DNA from: the human T2T-CHM13v2.0 reference genome, Homo sapiens
Assembly (NCBI RefSeq): GCF_009914755.1
Contig: NC_060930.1
Strand: one strand, 5' to 3'
DNA length: 64,000 nucleotides
Shown here: positions 1-35,871 of the stretch, piece by piece
Layout: each line of letters opens with the position of its first letter
Position numbering within the stretch: the first letter of the stretch is position 1
Made by a program: the position numbers and the translations under genes
Notes under the pieces: generated by a model
The model's database searches: none
Told to the model about the DNA's origin: nothing
The model's input: only the letters and a program-made list of their open reading frames with translations

Positions 1-1073
1 TCTGGGTCCACCTGTTTTTGACCTCGGGGTCTCTGTCCCAGGTGCCCACACCCCAACTCCAGCCCCAGCCCCCTGCAGTAGTGAGAACACCCAGGCCACT
101 CACAGCAGCCCCTAAACTGTACTTCTCCTCCTGTCCTTCCAGAGCCCTCCACAGCCTCCCCTTCTGGTTTCTGGCAGGGACACTGGAGCCCAAGCACATG
201 CGCTTCTCAGCCTCTCAGGTAGAGACAGCACCCCCAACTTCCCCTAGATTAGAGATCTGTCATCCCCAATGAAGCTAAACCCTTCCTGTCTCTGTGTACC
301 TGTGCAGCTTCCTGGGGTCGCTAGCTTCCTTCCACGTGCACTAAACCCAGCCCTTGTGTGCTTAGTGAGGCAGGTGGGATTCTGATCTTCCTTAATCTGG
401 TGACTGATTGTCTGCACCAGCCCTGGCCCCTGCCTTCTTTGTGACTTCAAAGACTAAAGCTAGTCTGCCTGGATATAAAGCCGCCTTCCCTCCATTATCA
501 CCACCCCACGCCGCCTTCAGAGGAATCGTTTCCTGTCCTGTCAGCCCTCCCTGCTTCCTCTCCGTCTCCAGTCCTGCCTGAAAGAATAGGTCACACTCTC
601 TTTGGAGCCTCTTTGAAAGACTGTTCTCCCACTTGTCGTCCTCCCTCTCTCTCTAAGAGATGGCAGCCACCACCTGCTCTCCACAGAGCTTCTCTGAGTG
701 ATGAGCAAAAGTCCCCAGAGAGAGCAGGGAGAGGTCAGTGAGAGCCTCAAGCTAACAGGTCCATGCTGGGCATGGTGGCACATGCCTGTAATCCCAGCTA
801 CTCGGGAGGCTGAGGAGTTTGAGACCAGCCTGGGCAACACGGGGACTCCATCTTTTAAAAACAAAAACCTAGCAGGTCCTTTGAGACTCTGAGAGGTCCC
901 GGGCAGTCCGGATTGGTTCTGGGAACCCTAGGAAGATGCTGACCCCACCTCTTGTTCCATGGCCTAGGGTGAAATGCTGCCAACTTCAAGCCAGGATGGA
1001 AAGGAAGCAGAAAACTCTCAAATCAGGACTATCCCTTCCGGTTTGTAACAAAGCTGGTTACTCACGAACACTC

Positions 1074-3238
<2,165 letters not shown>

Positions 3239-4044
3239 CACATTAGATGTTACACACGATAAAATATCAAGCCATTGAACTAAATAACACAAATGGCATG
3301 AGGGTTATGACATACAGTTGAATAAGCAAGATGCATATTAGATTTACAATAGTCCTTGACATTAGTGTTTACCATTTGCTTGCATTAAATATTATTAGCA
3401 ATGGCTATATACAATGTTATTTAAAATTTGGAAAATGAGGCACACCATTCTTCTAGTCCCTTCAGGCTCCATTTCCATCCAACTTCACTGCAACTCCATC
3501 CCAGCTCAGCCTTAGTGCCCTGGGAGGCCATTCCCACTATGTCCTTGCTGTCTCCAAGGGACCTGTAACCACAGGCAGGCAGCCCATACTTTCTAGTCCC
3601 TTTTAGTCCTCTGCTCATAAAACCAGGTGGCTGAGTTTTGCTGGGAATGGGCACTAAACCATGCTGCCTGCATCCTCCTGATTCATGCTGGTTGACCTCG
3701 ATGGAGGCCACGTGGCAAGCTAGATTTCTTCTCCTGATGACTGACTGCCATTCTCCACACCCACTGCCCTGATTTCCCCCAGACCTCTCACTACAGCCTT
3801 CATTTTTACTGCAAAGAATGAGGCTACATCAGAGAAACAGCCTCAACCCCACTTCTCTTCTCCCTCAGAATATCTTCGCAGCTTCATCCTCTGGTCTCTG
3901 AGAAAATTGGGTCCCAAATGTGCTTGAAAACCATGGAATGCCATGCAACAGAAGCAGCAGACTAGATGCCACCCAGCCACAGCTGTAGAGCCTGAGAAGA
4001 TGCTGAGTGAAGAAAAAGTAAAGCAGGATGAGCTCATTAGCTTC

Positions 4045-6198
<2,154 letters not shown>

Positions 6199-6223
6199 TC
6201 TTCTTGCTCTTTATCAGTGCCTC

Positions 6224-6268
6224 TGTGTGTGTGCGCGCTTGCGTGTGTGTGTGTGTGTGTGTGTGTGT
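6224..6268. repeat. (TG)n/(CG) alternating purine-pyrimidine tract
   Basis: Direct reading. Confidence 0.9.
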
Positions 6269-7860
6269 TTATTTACAAAGTAATTTCAAAATAATTGTCT
6301 TAAACTGACTCCATCCCTGTGGGAGTCTGTAACTGCACTTTCCTACCTGTTGGACAGCTCTCTGGGCTTATTCTGTCTTCCAAGGAAGGTGAGTGAGGTG
6401 CTGACGTGGGAATCTCCAAGTTCCCATCCTGCTCATCCCCACAACAGCTTCATTCTCTCCTTGACCCCCCTTCCCCCACCCACTTTTCTCTTGCCCCCCA
6501 TCCACTCCCTCCAGAGACGTCAAACGCTAGGTTTCACAGGGCTTCAGAATCCTGTTGGGAACCTGGATCATCACCTCATCCACCAAAAGGGTCCTGGTTT
6601 CCCTGTTTCTGTAAGTGACACAGCCAGGAAGGACGTCCAGGACTCGCCTGAGCATTGTGGCTGGCTGACGCCTCAGGTCCGCTAAGCATTTCCTGAATTC
6701 ACCCCACTGTCTGGCTCCCGTCTGCTCCTATTCTTCCTCACCTGAACCCTAACCCCCTCCCTACAGCATGGATAGAGGGGCTGTTTGTCACATTCTACCC
6801 ATTCTTCATTCCCAGGACACCCCCTCTTTTCTTCTTGGAAGCCCTCCTCTCTCTCTGGCCACTCCTCCAGGCCTCGGGTTAAAGCTCCACCCTCCAGGAA
6901 GCCAGCTCTCACTTTTCACACATTGGCCAAGTGTCCTGGACTCCTAAGGTGCAGGCCATTTCTTTTTCTGTCTTGTAATTTCCTGTTTCCTCCTGCCTCT
7001 CCTACTGACCATATCTTGAGAGCAGGACTGTCTTTTTCTCTGATGTACTTCGAGAGCCTGCACAAGAGTGTGTTGACTAAAGCAACCAATGGCGGTCCCA
7101 GCTAACGTGACCGCTTCCTATTTTGAACTTCAAAGCTCTCCATCCAGGATGCCTCTTAAGGGCCAAAGTGCCCCAGCTGGAATTGGAACCCTCCCAGGTC
7201 TGATGCACAAACTTTTTTACCTTGACTGTCTTCCTACCACCCTTTTCTGTCACCGAGGCCCTCTCTGAACTTCAGTTTACTCATCTGTCAAGGAAGAGAA
7301 CACTCAGGGGAAAATTATAAGGGCCAATTGAACCATATACTTGTAAATAATAATAGGATAAATGAATATGAGCTCTGGGATATAACAAAGAGTGCTACTA
7401 GTCATTGAATATTTACATTGTTATGTTTTCTTTTTCTTTTTTTTTCCATATAGAGTCTCGCTCTGTCACCCAGGCTGGGTGTAATCCCAAAGTGCTGGGA
7501 TTACAGGTGTGAGCCACTGCACCTGACATGTTTTCTATACCAGGTACCATTCTAACATTCAACCTGTATTATGCCCTTAATCCTAACAAATTGGCTCCAT
7601 TTCACAGAAAAGTGAACTGAGGCACAGAATGGCTAATGACTTATTTGCCTAAGATTCCACACTGGCAGTAGAGGAGCTGGGATTTGCACGTGGGCAGCAT
7701 AGCTCCACAGTCCATTTGCTTAACTATCACCCCATATTGTCTTTCTATGAAATAATACTATTCCTATTATTTGGTCTCAGAGCTGCCCTCTCCACCTAAA
7801 ATGAATCCAATCACACAGCCGCTCTCTTCTAGCATGATTCTAACTCTAACAGTAATTTCT

Positions 7861-8238
<378 letters not shown>

Positions 8239-9091
8239 CTATTCCAATATTTTCTGTTCTTTGATATATATGTTATCAGATCCAACTAGAATACTCATCA
8301 GGTGAACTAAACACAGAGAAGTTTAACGACATCTGTTGTCATAATTGGTATGGACTTGCCTTTAGTGGTATTGAAAAATGTATTTTCCCCAAACCCACCA
8401 TTCCAGGTCCTCATCACTCTTAGAATGAAGTCTCTAGTCCCTTCCCTCATATTTCCAGAACTCTCTTATTAAGAGGAAGATGGGGCAAGGGGGGAAGAAA
8501 ATAGGCTAGCCTGGGCAGGGGCATCCACTGGATTTTCAAGGAGCAGAGGAGAGTGATAAGCAGAGCTCCGCTGGGCACCTGCAGTCCTTCTGGGCCATGA
8601 TGCAGGGAGCAGGCTGCACTCCCAGGATTGCCATGGTGTGGCGTGGCAAGGTCACCCCCAGCCTCCCTCTTTGCCCATCCTGTTCCACTCCCTTGATGGC
8701 AGCCTCACCTCCAGCAGGATCCCTCATCCCTGGCACAAAGAGCCAACTCCTGCCTACGGGGGCTGGAGAGGAAAGGCAGGGTGGAAAGGGGTCAGCTCTA
8801 GACACCCAAGGAGACACTGAGGACAGAAAGGAGGATGCTCGGGGACAGCTGGAAGCAAGAGGCCTGCCTGCCAGCACCGCACTCCCTAACTGCCAGGCCA
8901 CACTGCCTCGACTTCTGGGGAGCCAGAAACTTGAGGGAGGTCGGGAAGGAAAGGGAGGGAAAAAGATGGAAGAGAGTTTGGGAGATCTAGAGAAAGACTG
9001 CAGCGGTTAGGGAGACCAGTACATGTTTCACACCATGTTACATAGATGGTGTGCAGAATAATAATAAAATACAGAGGATAGCAAATAATAA

Positions 9092-14787
<5,696 letters not shown>

Positions 14788-17477
14788 TAGATTTTTTTCC
14801 CTGTGGCATTGTGGTTTTTGCTGCTCTCCCTCCCCACATCAGATATGCTAGGCATGTCCTTCCTTACCTTCTCCTCAAGCTCCTCTGTCCACCCTCATCC
14901 CTCTCACTGTCCAGGAAACAGCTGTCTCCTGCCCCAACAACTGACTGTTCCCTCTGAGGCATTGCCAGAGAGGGTAGGGCCCCCACCTCCCACCCTCAGG
15001 GTCCTGTCAGCTGAGTGGGGGGTGGGGGGCAGTGGGCAACAGCTGTTGCAGTGGGGACAATGGCTGTATTCTATACAAGCTCCTTTCCTGGGCCACCTCC
15101 TCCTCCCTGGCTAGAACAACTGTTCTTGTGGATTGGGGAGTCCCATCTGTCTGTGCTAGCTACTCTTTCAGGCAACCTCCAACTCCCTGGCCCATTTTGC
15201 TCATGTCTTACAGGCATATCCAGTGTGTGTCCCACTGCCCGGTCGCCTGTGCATGGGTCTATCATTGCCTGGAATTGGTGGGCAGAGGAATGATGGTCAT
15301 GGATAAGGGACCATCCCTCCAAAGCGCATCACCTCTTCTTTCAGTGGTCACATTCAGGCCCTAGCTCCTCACTCAGGTAGGTGGTTTCTGGCCTGTTGTC
15401 CCAGGCAGAAAGGCACTGTGATTATGACAGGGCTGAGCTCCCAGTTCCTGGGCTAGAACTCCGCCCATTCCCCACCCACACTGCCTATACCTGGCTGGCT
15501 CTGGTTCCTGGCCCCAAGGTCTCCCCACCTGCTCCTTGGTAACATCACCCCTTGACACACCCTGCCCTTGATGAGGCCTCCCTGGCTCCTTGTCAGAACT
15601 CCTTGTTTAGGGGTCAGAGCTGTCCTCAACCTCCCACAAACAGGAAGGGCCCCACACCAATGCTGATTTCCCAGAGGACAACAGGCCAGTGAAACATGAC
15701 AGAGCGAGGGGCCACAGCCTCCGCAGGCCTCCCTTGATTCTTCAAGCATTAACAGAGCCCCAGCCTCTGATCTAAGTGCTGCCCATGAGCAGCAGGGTGC
15801 CTTGCATCAGGCCTCCAAGGAGCAGCAAGTTCTCTGCTGGCCTCTGACATAAGGGTGGAAGGAAGGAAACTAATATTTATGAGACACCTACCTGGTAGCC
15901 AAACTCTGAGCCTCACATTCTCCTCATCTCTTTATCTGGTCAGCTGTAGGTATTATTATAATTCCCATTTTAGGGAGGGGGACCACCCCATAGCACAGCT
16001 CCGGAAGGTGCCACTCTCAACTCCCGCTGTGCAATATACAGCCTGCTCTGGCATCCAGAGGGGCCCTGAGAGAGGGTCCCAGAGCCAGCATGTGGTTCCA
16101 GAGCGACCAACTCAGAAGCACCTCCAGCCAACTTCACGAGCTGGGACCCAGACACATGTTTTTAATGCAAGTCATGCGGAGGCAGTGGCCTGTCGCAGCA
16201 TGCTCTTGAGCGCCTGGGTGGAGACATGCAGAAGGGGTGGGAAGAGCAGGACTCTCGGTGCCCGTGGGTCTGGCAAGAACCCATTAGCTCTAGTGCAACT
16301 CTTGCTATCATTCCTGCTTTCCCCATCTGCTGTCTGTCACTCTGGTGGCTCTTGGTGTGTCTGTCCTCTTCACCATTGACCCAGAGCCTTGCACGGGCTT
16401 TCACACAGTTGGCACACAATGTATGTTGTCATGTCTGGCCCGATTAACTGATGCCTGTGTATGGGCATCATCCAGAATGTTTCTGGATGGCCCTGGGCAT
16501 CTGGGGAGTGGACCACAAAGGCAGATCCCAGGGGCCACTTAGTGCCAGCCCACAGTCCTCACCTTCACAGGTTGGTATCCAGATACTATTTTTTTTTTTT
16601 TTCAATTGACCTTAAGGAAACAGGAGATTTGGTCAGTTTCCTCAAAGTTGCCTGCAGAGCATGGGAGGCAGAGGTCAGGGAAGTGCAGGAAGGATCCATG
16701 ACACAAGGCTAAACTGGGAACTGGAAGAAACTGCTCCCTGGCGGCTTTGTTCCTGACGAAGATGGTTATTTTTCCAGGAATGCTGAGGAAATCCACAGCA
16801 GCTTTAGTGTTCCCGCCTTGGAGAAAATGTCTGGGGCAGGCAAGGGAGGTGGGGTGGAGCTAATGGAGGTGAGGATGGGAAGGTGGTGGAGAGGGCAGTT
16901 AATCCCAGGAAGAGTCAGGGGTTAGAGAGTAAACTAAGACTAGATCCATTCCTTGGAGCCAGCCACTGCCCCTCCCCCACCTCCCTGCCCAAACCCCTCT
17001 GGAGTTCCCCATTGTTCCCAGAGACAATAGCTAGTTTCCTTTACCTGCCTCATCATCCCAGGCCCAGGAATCTCTCACTCTGTTTACAAGAGGCAGCGGT
17101 GGGGTAGGAGTATCTGGGCCTTACCCCAGGGTCCAAGGATCTCACCGCTGGAAGATCCCACAGCTATGGAAACTGAGGCTGGGAGGAGTGGGATGTGACT
17201 TAGCCAAGGTCACAGCAACCACAGATGTGGGCCAGTGCTTGGTGGGGCCTCCACGGTTCCCCGTGGAGTACGCACTTTGGTGGTTCTCAGAGGGAGCCAT
17301 CAGGGCCTGCCGTTCCTCCCCTCGAGACTCTCTCCAGCTGTCTGTGCAGCCCAGGGGTTCTCACACACATCCTGGGAGTGTGTTTAGATCAGTGGAGCCC
17401 TGGAACCCAGCTGCACAGACTCTGGGGCAAGCAAACCTGGGTTTGGATCCTGCCACAGAACCTTCATTTATTTGTTC

Positions 17478-17894
17478 CGTAAACCAAAAAAAAAGTGTGT
17501 GAGACAGATCTCCGTCAACTTAGCGGTTTATTTTGCCAAGGTTGACGATAAGCCTGGGAAAAAGAGACAAAAGTTACAGAAGGCTCTGTGGCCTGTCCTT
17601 TTTCCAAAGACAGTTTCAGGATTTCCATTCTTAAAGGGGAAAGAGCAGCAGGAGGGAAAAGAGGAACAGTCCATTACTGGTGAGATTCAACAGAACTTGG
17701 CCTTAGGGTGAGGACTTTGGAGCCCACAAGGAATTCCTCCTGAGCAATTTGTGAGAAAGGTCACCTGGGGAAATATGCGGCCTTCCATTGCTGCAGCTGT
17801 CTGTTTAGGAACCAAAATAAGGCAGTTTTTGTGTGACTCAGTTCCCAAGCTTAACTTTTCCCTTTGTGAGTTTGGGGTCTCTTTTCCTTTCACA
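17478..17894 (-). mobile_element. MER4-family ERV1 solo LTR
   Basis: Minus strand starts TGTGAAAGGAAAAGAGACCCCAAACTCACAAAGGGAAAAGTTAAGCTTGGGAACTG, matching the MER4 5' end as I recall it. Confidence 0.75.
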
Positions 17895-17917
17895 TTTCTT
17901 ACAACATTTTTTACTAG

Positions 17918-18187
<270 letters not shown>

Positions 18188-18560
18188 TAATAGAGACTGG
18201 GTTTCCATGTTGGCCCAGCTGGTGTCTCAAACTCCTGACCTCAGGTGATCCACCCGCCTTGGTCTCCCAAAGTGCTGGGTTTACAGGAGTGAGTCACTGC
18301 GCCTGGTGGAACTTACGTTTTAGTAAGGGAGGCAGATAACCAACAAGATAAGGAAGTAAAATATATAGCATGTCTGACAATGATTTAGCAGAGAGGTAAA
18401 GAAAGTAGAGGAAAGGATGGCAGGGCAGCTGGAGGTGGGGTGGAAGGACTGTACATTTAAATAGGATGGTTGGGTAATATTTGAGCAAAGATTTGAAGGA
18501 GGTCACAGATGAAGCCACGTAGATTTCTGGATAAAGACCCTTTTGGTAGGTGCTTGAGCC

Positions 18561-19101
18561 TGAGTAGGGGCTCAGGACATACCACTCCAAAACAGAACTG
18601 CCAGTGACTAGACTGTGCCACCCCAAAATATACCTCTTTGGGATATTGATTATTTCAAGCTGGTTATTTTAAGAAACTGTAGACATGGGAGTTGCTCTGA
18701 AAAGCTGTTCTTTTATAAAGGAAATCTACATTTAACAAGGAAATTTTCACGGGAGAGGGTATCTATATCAGGAAGAGATTTACTCCAGACAATTTTTATC
18801 ACCTGAGAGACTTGTATCTTACATAGCAAGGCACACTTTATTCACCACCCATTTCCTCCCCTCACCCTCTTATGTCTCCATCACCCCTAGAGGCCCCAAA
18901 CCCCTATTGTGTAGCTCAGGATAGTACATAAGCCTTAATTTTTGGGTTGTTTCTTGGGGTCTTATATTTTTGTGGGACTCCTGTGCATACATATGAAATT
19001 AAAAATGTTTTTCTCCTGTAAATCTGTCTATGTCAATTTAATTCATAGACCTGCCAAAGAACTTAGAAGGGTACCAAGAAGCAATATTTTTTTCTCTTCT
19101 A
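18561..19101 (+). mobile_element. MER34-like ERV1 LTR
   Basis: gccaccccaaaatatacctctttgggatattgattattt signature; ATTAAA poly(A)-like signal near 18998. Confidence 0.6.
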
Positions 19102-19106
19102 TAGTT

Positions 19107-27990
<8,884 letters not shown>

Positions 27991-27991
27991 A

Positions 27992-30151
<2,160 letters not shown>

Positions 30152-30518
30152 CTATCTCATAGAATTTCATTTAATCTGAGGGAGGAAAGCAGGTGGAGGA
30201 GAGGGTCTTGAAGTAAGCATCCAAGGGGGAATGCCACCCAGCTGTGTCCAGCTGTGCCCAGCTAGGAGATAGACTGTGCCTCTACTTTTCTTCCCCCAGG
30301 AGAGGGCCCACAGGGGCCTGCTTGGGTCCTAGTCTCCCTGTCCCAGCCACTGAGCATGCCTGGTGCTCAGGTGTGTGTGCAGTCTGCAGACTCACTGCTT
30401 CTGAGGTTTAGGCAAGTGGGTCTCATATATTGTCCTGTTCCAGTTACTCCTTCCAGTTACTCCCACTTACTGAGGCTACAGCGGAGAGGACTGGAGCCCA
30501 GAAGAGTCAACGTTCTTA

Positions 30519-31062
<544 letters not shown>

Positions 31063-31084
31063 TACCCCTGTGCTGAATCCAGTG

Positions 31085-31145
31085 GGGCTATCTCCACTCC
31101 AGGCAAATCCAGCCAGAGACTGATTCTGAGCAGCAGTTCTGCCCG
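31085..31145 (+). other. MYMX: Probable MYMX non-coding exon 1 (5' end approximate)
   Basis: Donor CCG|GTGAGA at 31145/31146, downstream of the E-box cluster and GC box; pairs with the acceptor at 31625/31626. Confidence 0.65.
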
Positions 31146-31647
31146 GTGAGAGCTGCCGCGGATTGGTGGGGGTAGGGGACTGAGAGGTCAGGGAGTGTCA
31201 GGTCAGGGTGGATCAGGAGCCCCAAAAGAAAAATTAGAATTGCCTGGAGAAGAACTCCTGCTAGACTGAGGGAGAAGGGTTAGGGAACTCCAGGGGCATT
31301 GAGGCTGTGCAAGAGGAGGGGGTGACTAGAGGAAGGGAGGGGCCAGGGAGCAGTAGGAATGCCTGGAGCTGGGAACGGCAAGCTGTAGGTCTTGGTTTAC
31401 TCTTGCCTTGGTTCAGTCTCCCCATCTGTGCTATGGTGAGAACCTTCCTGCCTCAGCTGCCTTGCCAAGAGAAAGGGCTTCATGAAAGCAAAAATGACCT
31501 ACAAATTGAGGTCAGGAGCAGGAAGGTGTAAACTGAAGGGAGGGGGAACTCCTGCCCACCCCATGTCCTTGCCAGGTGAGGCAGAACCAGGACATGCAAG
31601 CCTAAAGTCTGTGTTGTCTTCCCAGGCACTGACTCACTGGCCCTGCC

Positions 31648-31902
31648 ATGCCCACGCCACTGCTCCCGCTGCTGCTTCGATTGCTGCTGTCCCGCCTGCT
31701 GCTGCCTGCTGCCCGCCTGGCCCGCCAATACCTCCTGCCCCTGCTGCGCCGATTGGCCCGCCGCCTGGGCTCCCAGGACATGCGAGAGGCTTTGCTGGGC
31801 TGTCTGCTGTTCATTCTCAGCCAGCGACACTCGCCAGACGCTGGGGAGGCCTCAAGAGTGGACCGCCTGGAGAGGAGGGAGAGGTTAGGCCCCCAAAAGT
31901 GA
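31648..31902 (+). CDS. MYMX: Myomixer (minion/myomerger), 84-aa myoblast-fusion microprotein; whole CDS in one exon
   Basis: [87 protein letters not shown]. Has an N-terminal Leu-rich anchor, a basic amphipathic [12 protein letters not shown] helix and the AxLyCxL motif (EALLGCLL). Kozak-like GCCATG; acceptor ttcccag at 31625; sits just upstream of SLC29A1. Confidence 0.97.
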   Translation: MPTPLLPLLLRLLLSRLLLPAARLARQYLLPLLRRLARRLGSQDMREALLGCLLFILSQRHSPDAGEASRVDRLERRERLGPQK

Positions 31903-32386
31903 GGCCACAAGTCCTGGCAGCAGCTGTATCCACAAAATGCTTTCTTTTGGAGTAGGATAAGACTGGCACCAGCACTGACCGAAGCCTGCCCAGTGGACAG
32001 AAGATATAGTGAGGGTTGTGCATGAGAGGGATCTGCCACAGACATGCCTCTCCACTCCCAACAGAAATGTCTTTCTGGAAGAATGCCTTGCATCTAGCAC
32101 AAAACTGATTATTGCCCCTCTGTCCTCCAGCAGTTCCTCCCAAAGACCACTCCTAATCACCTCTGGCCTCAGGCGGGAGGGGAACTAACACCCACCCACC
32201 CCTGCCCTCCCTGCAAATGGGAACATCAAGGTTCCCAGTGCTTAACTGAGGGACAAGTGACAATTTAGCAGAGAGGCAAGATTTGAATCCAGACTGTCTT
32301 CCAGACTCAGGACCTACCTTAAAATAATATCTGAGTTGCCTATGGAGGCAGACCTGCCTGCAAAGCCCAGCACTCAGCAAGTGCTC

Positions 32387-32392
32387 AATAAA
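32387..32392 (+). terminator. MYMX poly(A) signal, within an L2 3'-end remnant
   Basis: First AATAAA after the stop codon, in the context gtgctcAATAAAtatttgatttgaat, typical of the L2 3' terminus. Confidence 0.75.
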
Positions 32393-32928
32393 TATTTGAT
32401 TTGAATTCTTTCCATGGCTTTGAAAGTCTAATCACCCAGACTGCTGCTCTGCAAAACAGTTTAACCTGGCCTGGCAGTTGGTGGGGGTGGGGGAGAGGAG
32501 AGATGGACAATTGTACAAGGGTTTATTTTGCTACCTATTCCATCGTGGTTTCAGTCCTCACAGCCTGGAAGTTGTTTCCCCCTGCTAAGTTTCGGTCAGT
32601 ATGTCACACTGTGACCCAGAAATGGCTTGAGTCCATCTAGGAGGAAGTTTGCCTGGCTAGCTCACAGTAGGGAGGAAAATATCCTCCAGCGAGTTTGAGG
32701 ACTTCTCAGCTAGTGGTGGTGGGAAGAGGGGTGATACGTTTGCTAAGAGACTGGGTGGGAGGCCACCCAGGGAGGCAGTGCAGAAATGCATCCCCTTGAG
32801 GGTCATCCCACCCTAGAAGAGACTAGGGGTGGGTGAGTTGCCTTAAGAACTGACTTCATCATTTCCTCCTCCCTAGTGGGAGGCCCCTCAGGGGTCAAAT
32901 AAGAGCCTCAGAAGAGTCAACATGCTTA

Positions 32929-33349
<421 letters not shown>

Positions 33350-33449
33350 CTAGGTTCAGACGAGGACAGTGAGGAGTACAGGATCCAATTGGGATTCCAG
33401 TCCCCTCCCCACACCCGTCAGAAGGCTTGGTTGGGAAAGAAGTGAGCCC

Positions 33450-34130
33450 CAAGCTATCCGCCCCACCCCCAGCCCTGCGGGGCTTTCTGCCTGCCACACG
33501 CCGTCCCTGCTCACTACCCCATCGGTTTCCTTCGGGAGTCTTCAAAGCCAGTGCACGTGCTCCCAGGTCTCAGGGAGGCGACCCAGGGGGAGGGGCAGAG
33601 AGAAGGGGGTCCGAGCCCTTGGGCCCCTAACCCCGTCCCTTTCCGGAGCCTCGGGTGCCCAAAGGCGCCGGCCGCCAGTCCCAGGCCCGAAGGGCCCCTC
33701 CCACTGAGTCGGCTCTGGTCTCCCCGCCCCTGAGCCGCGAGGACTGGACGCAGCTGGCTGCGGAGCTCTGGGCGGGCGCTGGGGTCGCCTGTTGCAGCCT
33801 CTCTTCCGCCCGGCGGCCCACACCGGTCAGGCCCGGCGCGGGCTGCGCTCTCCAGCTGTGGCTATGGCCCCAGCCCCGAGATGAGGAGGGAGAGAACTAG
33901 GGGCCCGCAGGCCTGGGAATTTCCGTCCCCCACCAAGTCCGGATGCTCACTCCAAAGTCTCAGCAGGTGCGCGGGGCGGGGCCGGGGGGCCTGGCGGGGC
34001 GGGGTGGGGTGGGGGCGAGGTCTGCGCCGTTCTCACGCTGCCGGGCGGGACAGGGGGCCAGTAGGGGGACCCGCTGGGCTACAGTGTCTCAGGGGAGTCA
34101 GAATCTTTGGTTTCTGGATGCGGGGCCACT
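33450..34130 (+). promoter_or_regulatory. CpG island / distal SLC29A1 promoter and alternative first exon (donor at 33966)
   Basis: High CpG density, GC boxes, CACGTG at 33554-33559, donor CAG|GTGCGC at 33966/33967 followed by G-runs. Confidence 0.8.
33881..33966 (+). CDS. SLC29A1: SLC29A1 long isoform, N-terminal extension exon A (MRRERTRGPQ...SLS)
   Basis: ATG 33881 spliced to 35772-35871 and then 41428 reads in frame into the main ATG (79-aa extension, 535 aa total). Confidence 0.6.
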
Positions 34131-34384
34131 TTTCTGGGCCTTCGAAGGCCATTATTAGATGACTGCCTCCCCAAACTCCCCAGCCACTTACAGATGTCCC
34201 AGGAACATAGGGTAGGGGGAAGAGGTCTGGAAAATTAGCCTAGAAGACCAGCCCAGACCTAACTGAACAAAGAATTTAGTCTTCTCGAACCCCGAGCCAG
34301 TACCCACACTGTGAACACACCTGTCTTTACTTAAAAAATCTTGATGTTTTATTCATCATGGAGTCTTTAAAAAAAAACAAAAAC

Positions 34385-35463
<1,079 letters not shown>

Positions 35464-35771
35464 TCACAAGGCCATGGAGATACAGTCACAAACACAACTG
35501 AGAACACAGACAGTCATGAGACATGTGCTGGTTACCAACCCCCAGGCCAAGCAAACACACTTCCAGCAAACACACATGACTTGTTGGTGACAGCTGAGAG
35601 GACACATGCCTGGGGAGAGAGAGGACTGTGTGTGAGGTGGTGAGGCATGCATGGGGCCTGCCAAGTTGGGGAGGGAGTCTGGGCCAAGCCACGGTCCCAT
35701 ATAGGGTGGTGAATAAGGTGTAGAGTAGAGGTGCAGCAGGACCAACCCTTCCCACCCCACCCCTTCGACAG

Positions 35772-35871
35772 GGACCTGAGGGAGCTCAGGGAGGGAGAGA
35801 AGCCAGAAGACCAGGCAGAGACTGAAGAGAGCTGGCAAGGCCTGGCTAGAAAAACTCCAGGCAAGGCCTGT
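35772..35871 (+). CDS. SLC29A1: SLC29A1 100-nt cassette exon (DLRELREGEKPEDQAETEESWQGLARKTPGKAC)
   Basis: Acceptor cttcgacag| and donor TGT|GTAAGT; restores frame for the 33881 ATG. Confidence 0.6.

Noticed and set aside
474-479. TATAAA near the window start
   Set aside because: Isolated motif with no supportable downstream exon or CpG island.
31480-32093. Overlapping ORFs around MYMX (157 aa +, 116 aa Gln-rich -, 163 aa -)
   Set aside because: Shadow frames of the GC/CTG-rich MYMX CDS. The + ORF starts in the intron, and the poly-Gln is simply antisense CTG repeats.
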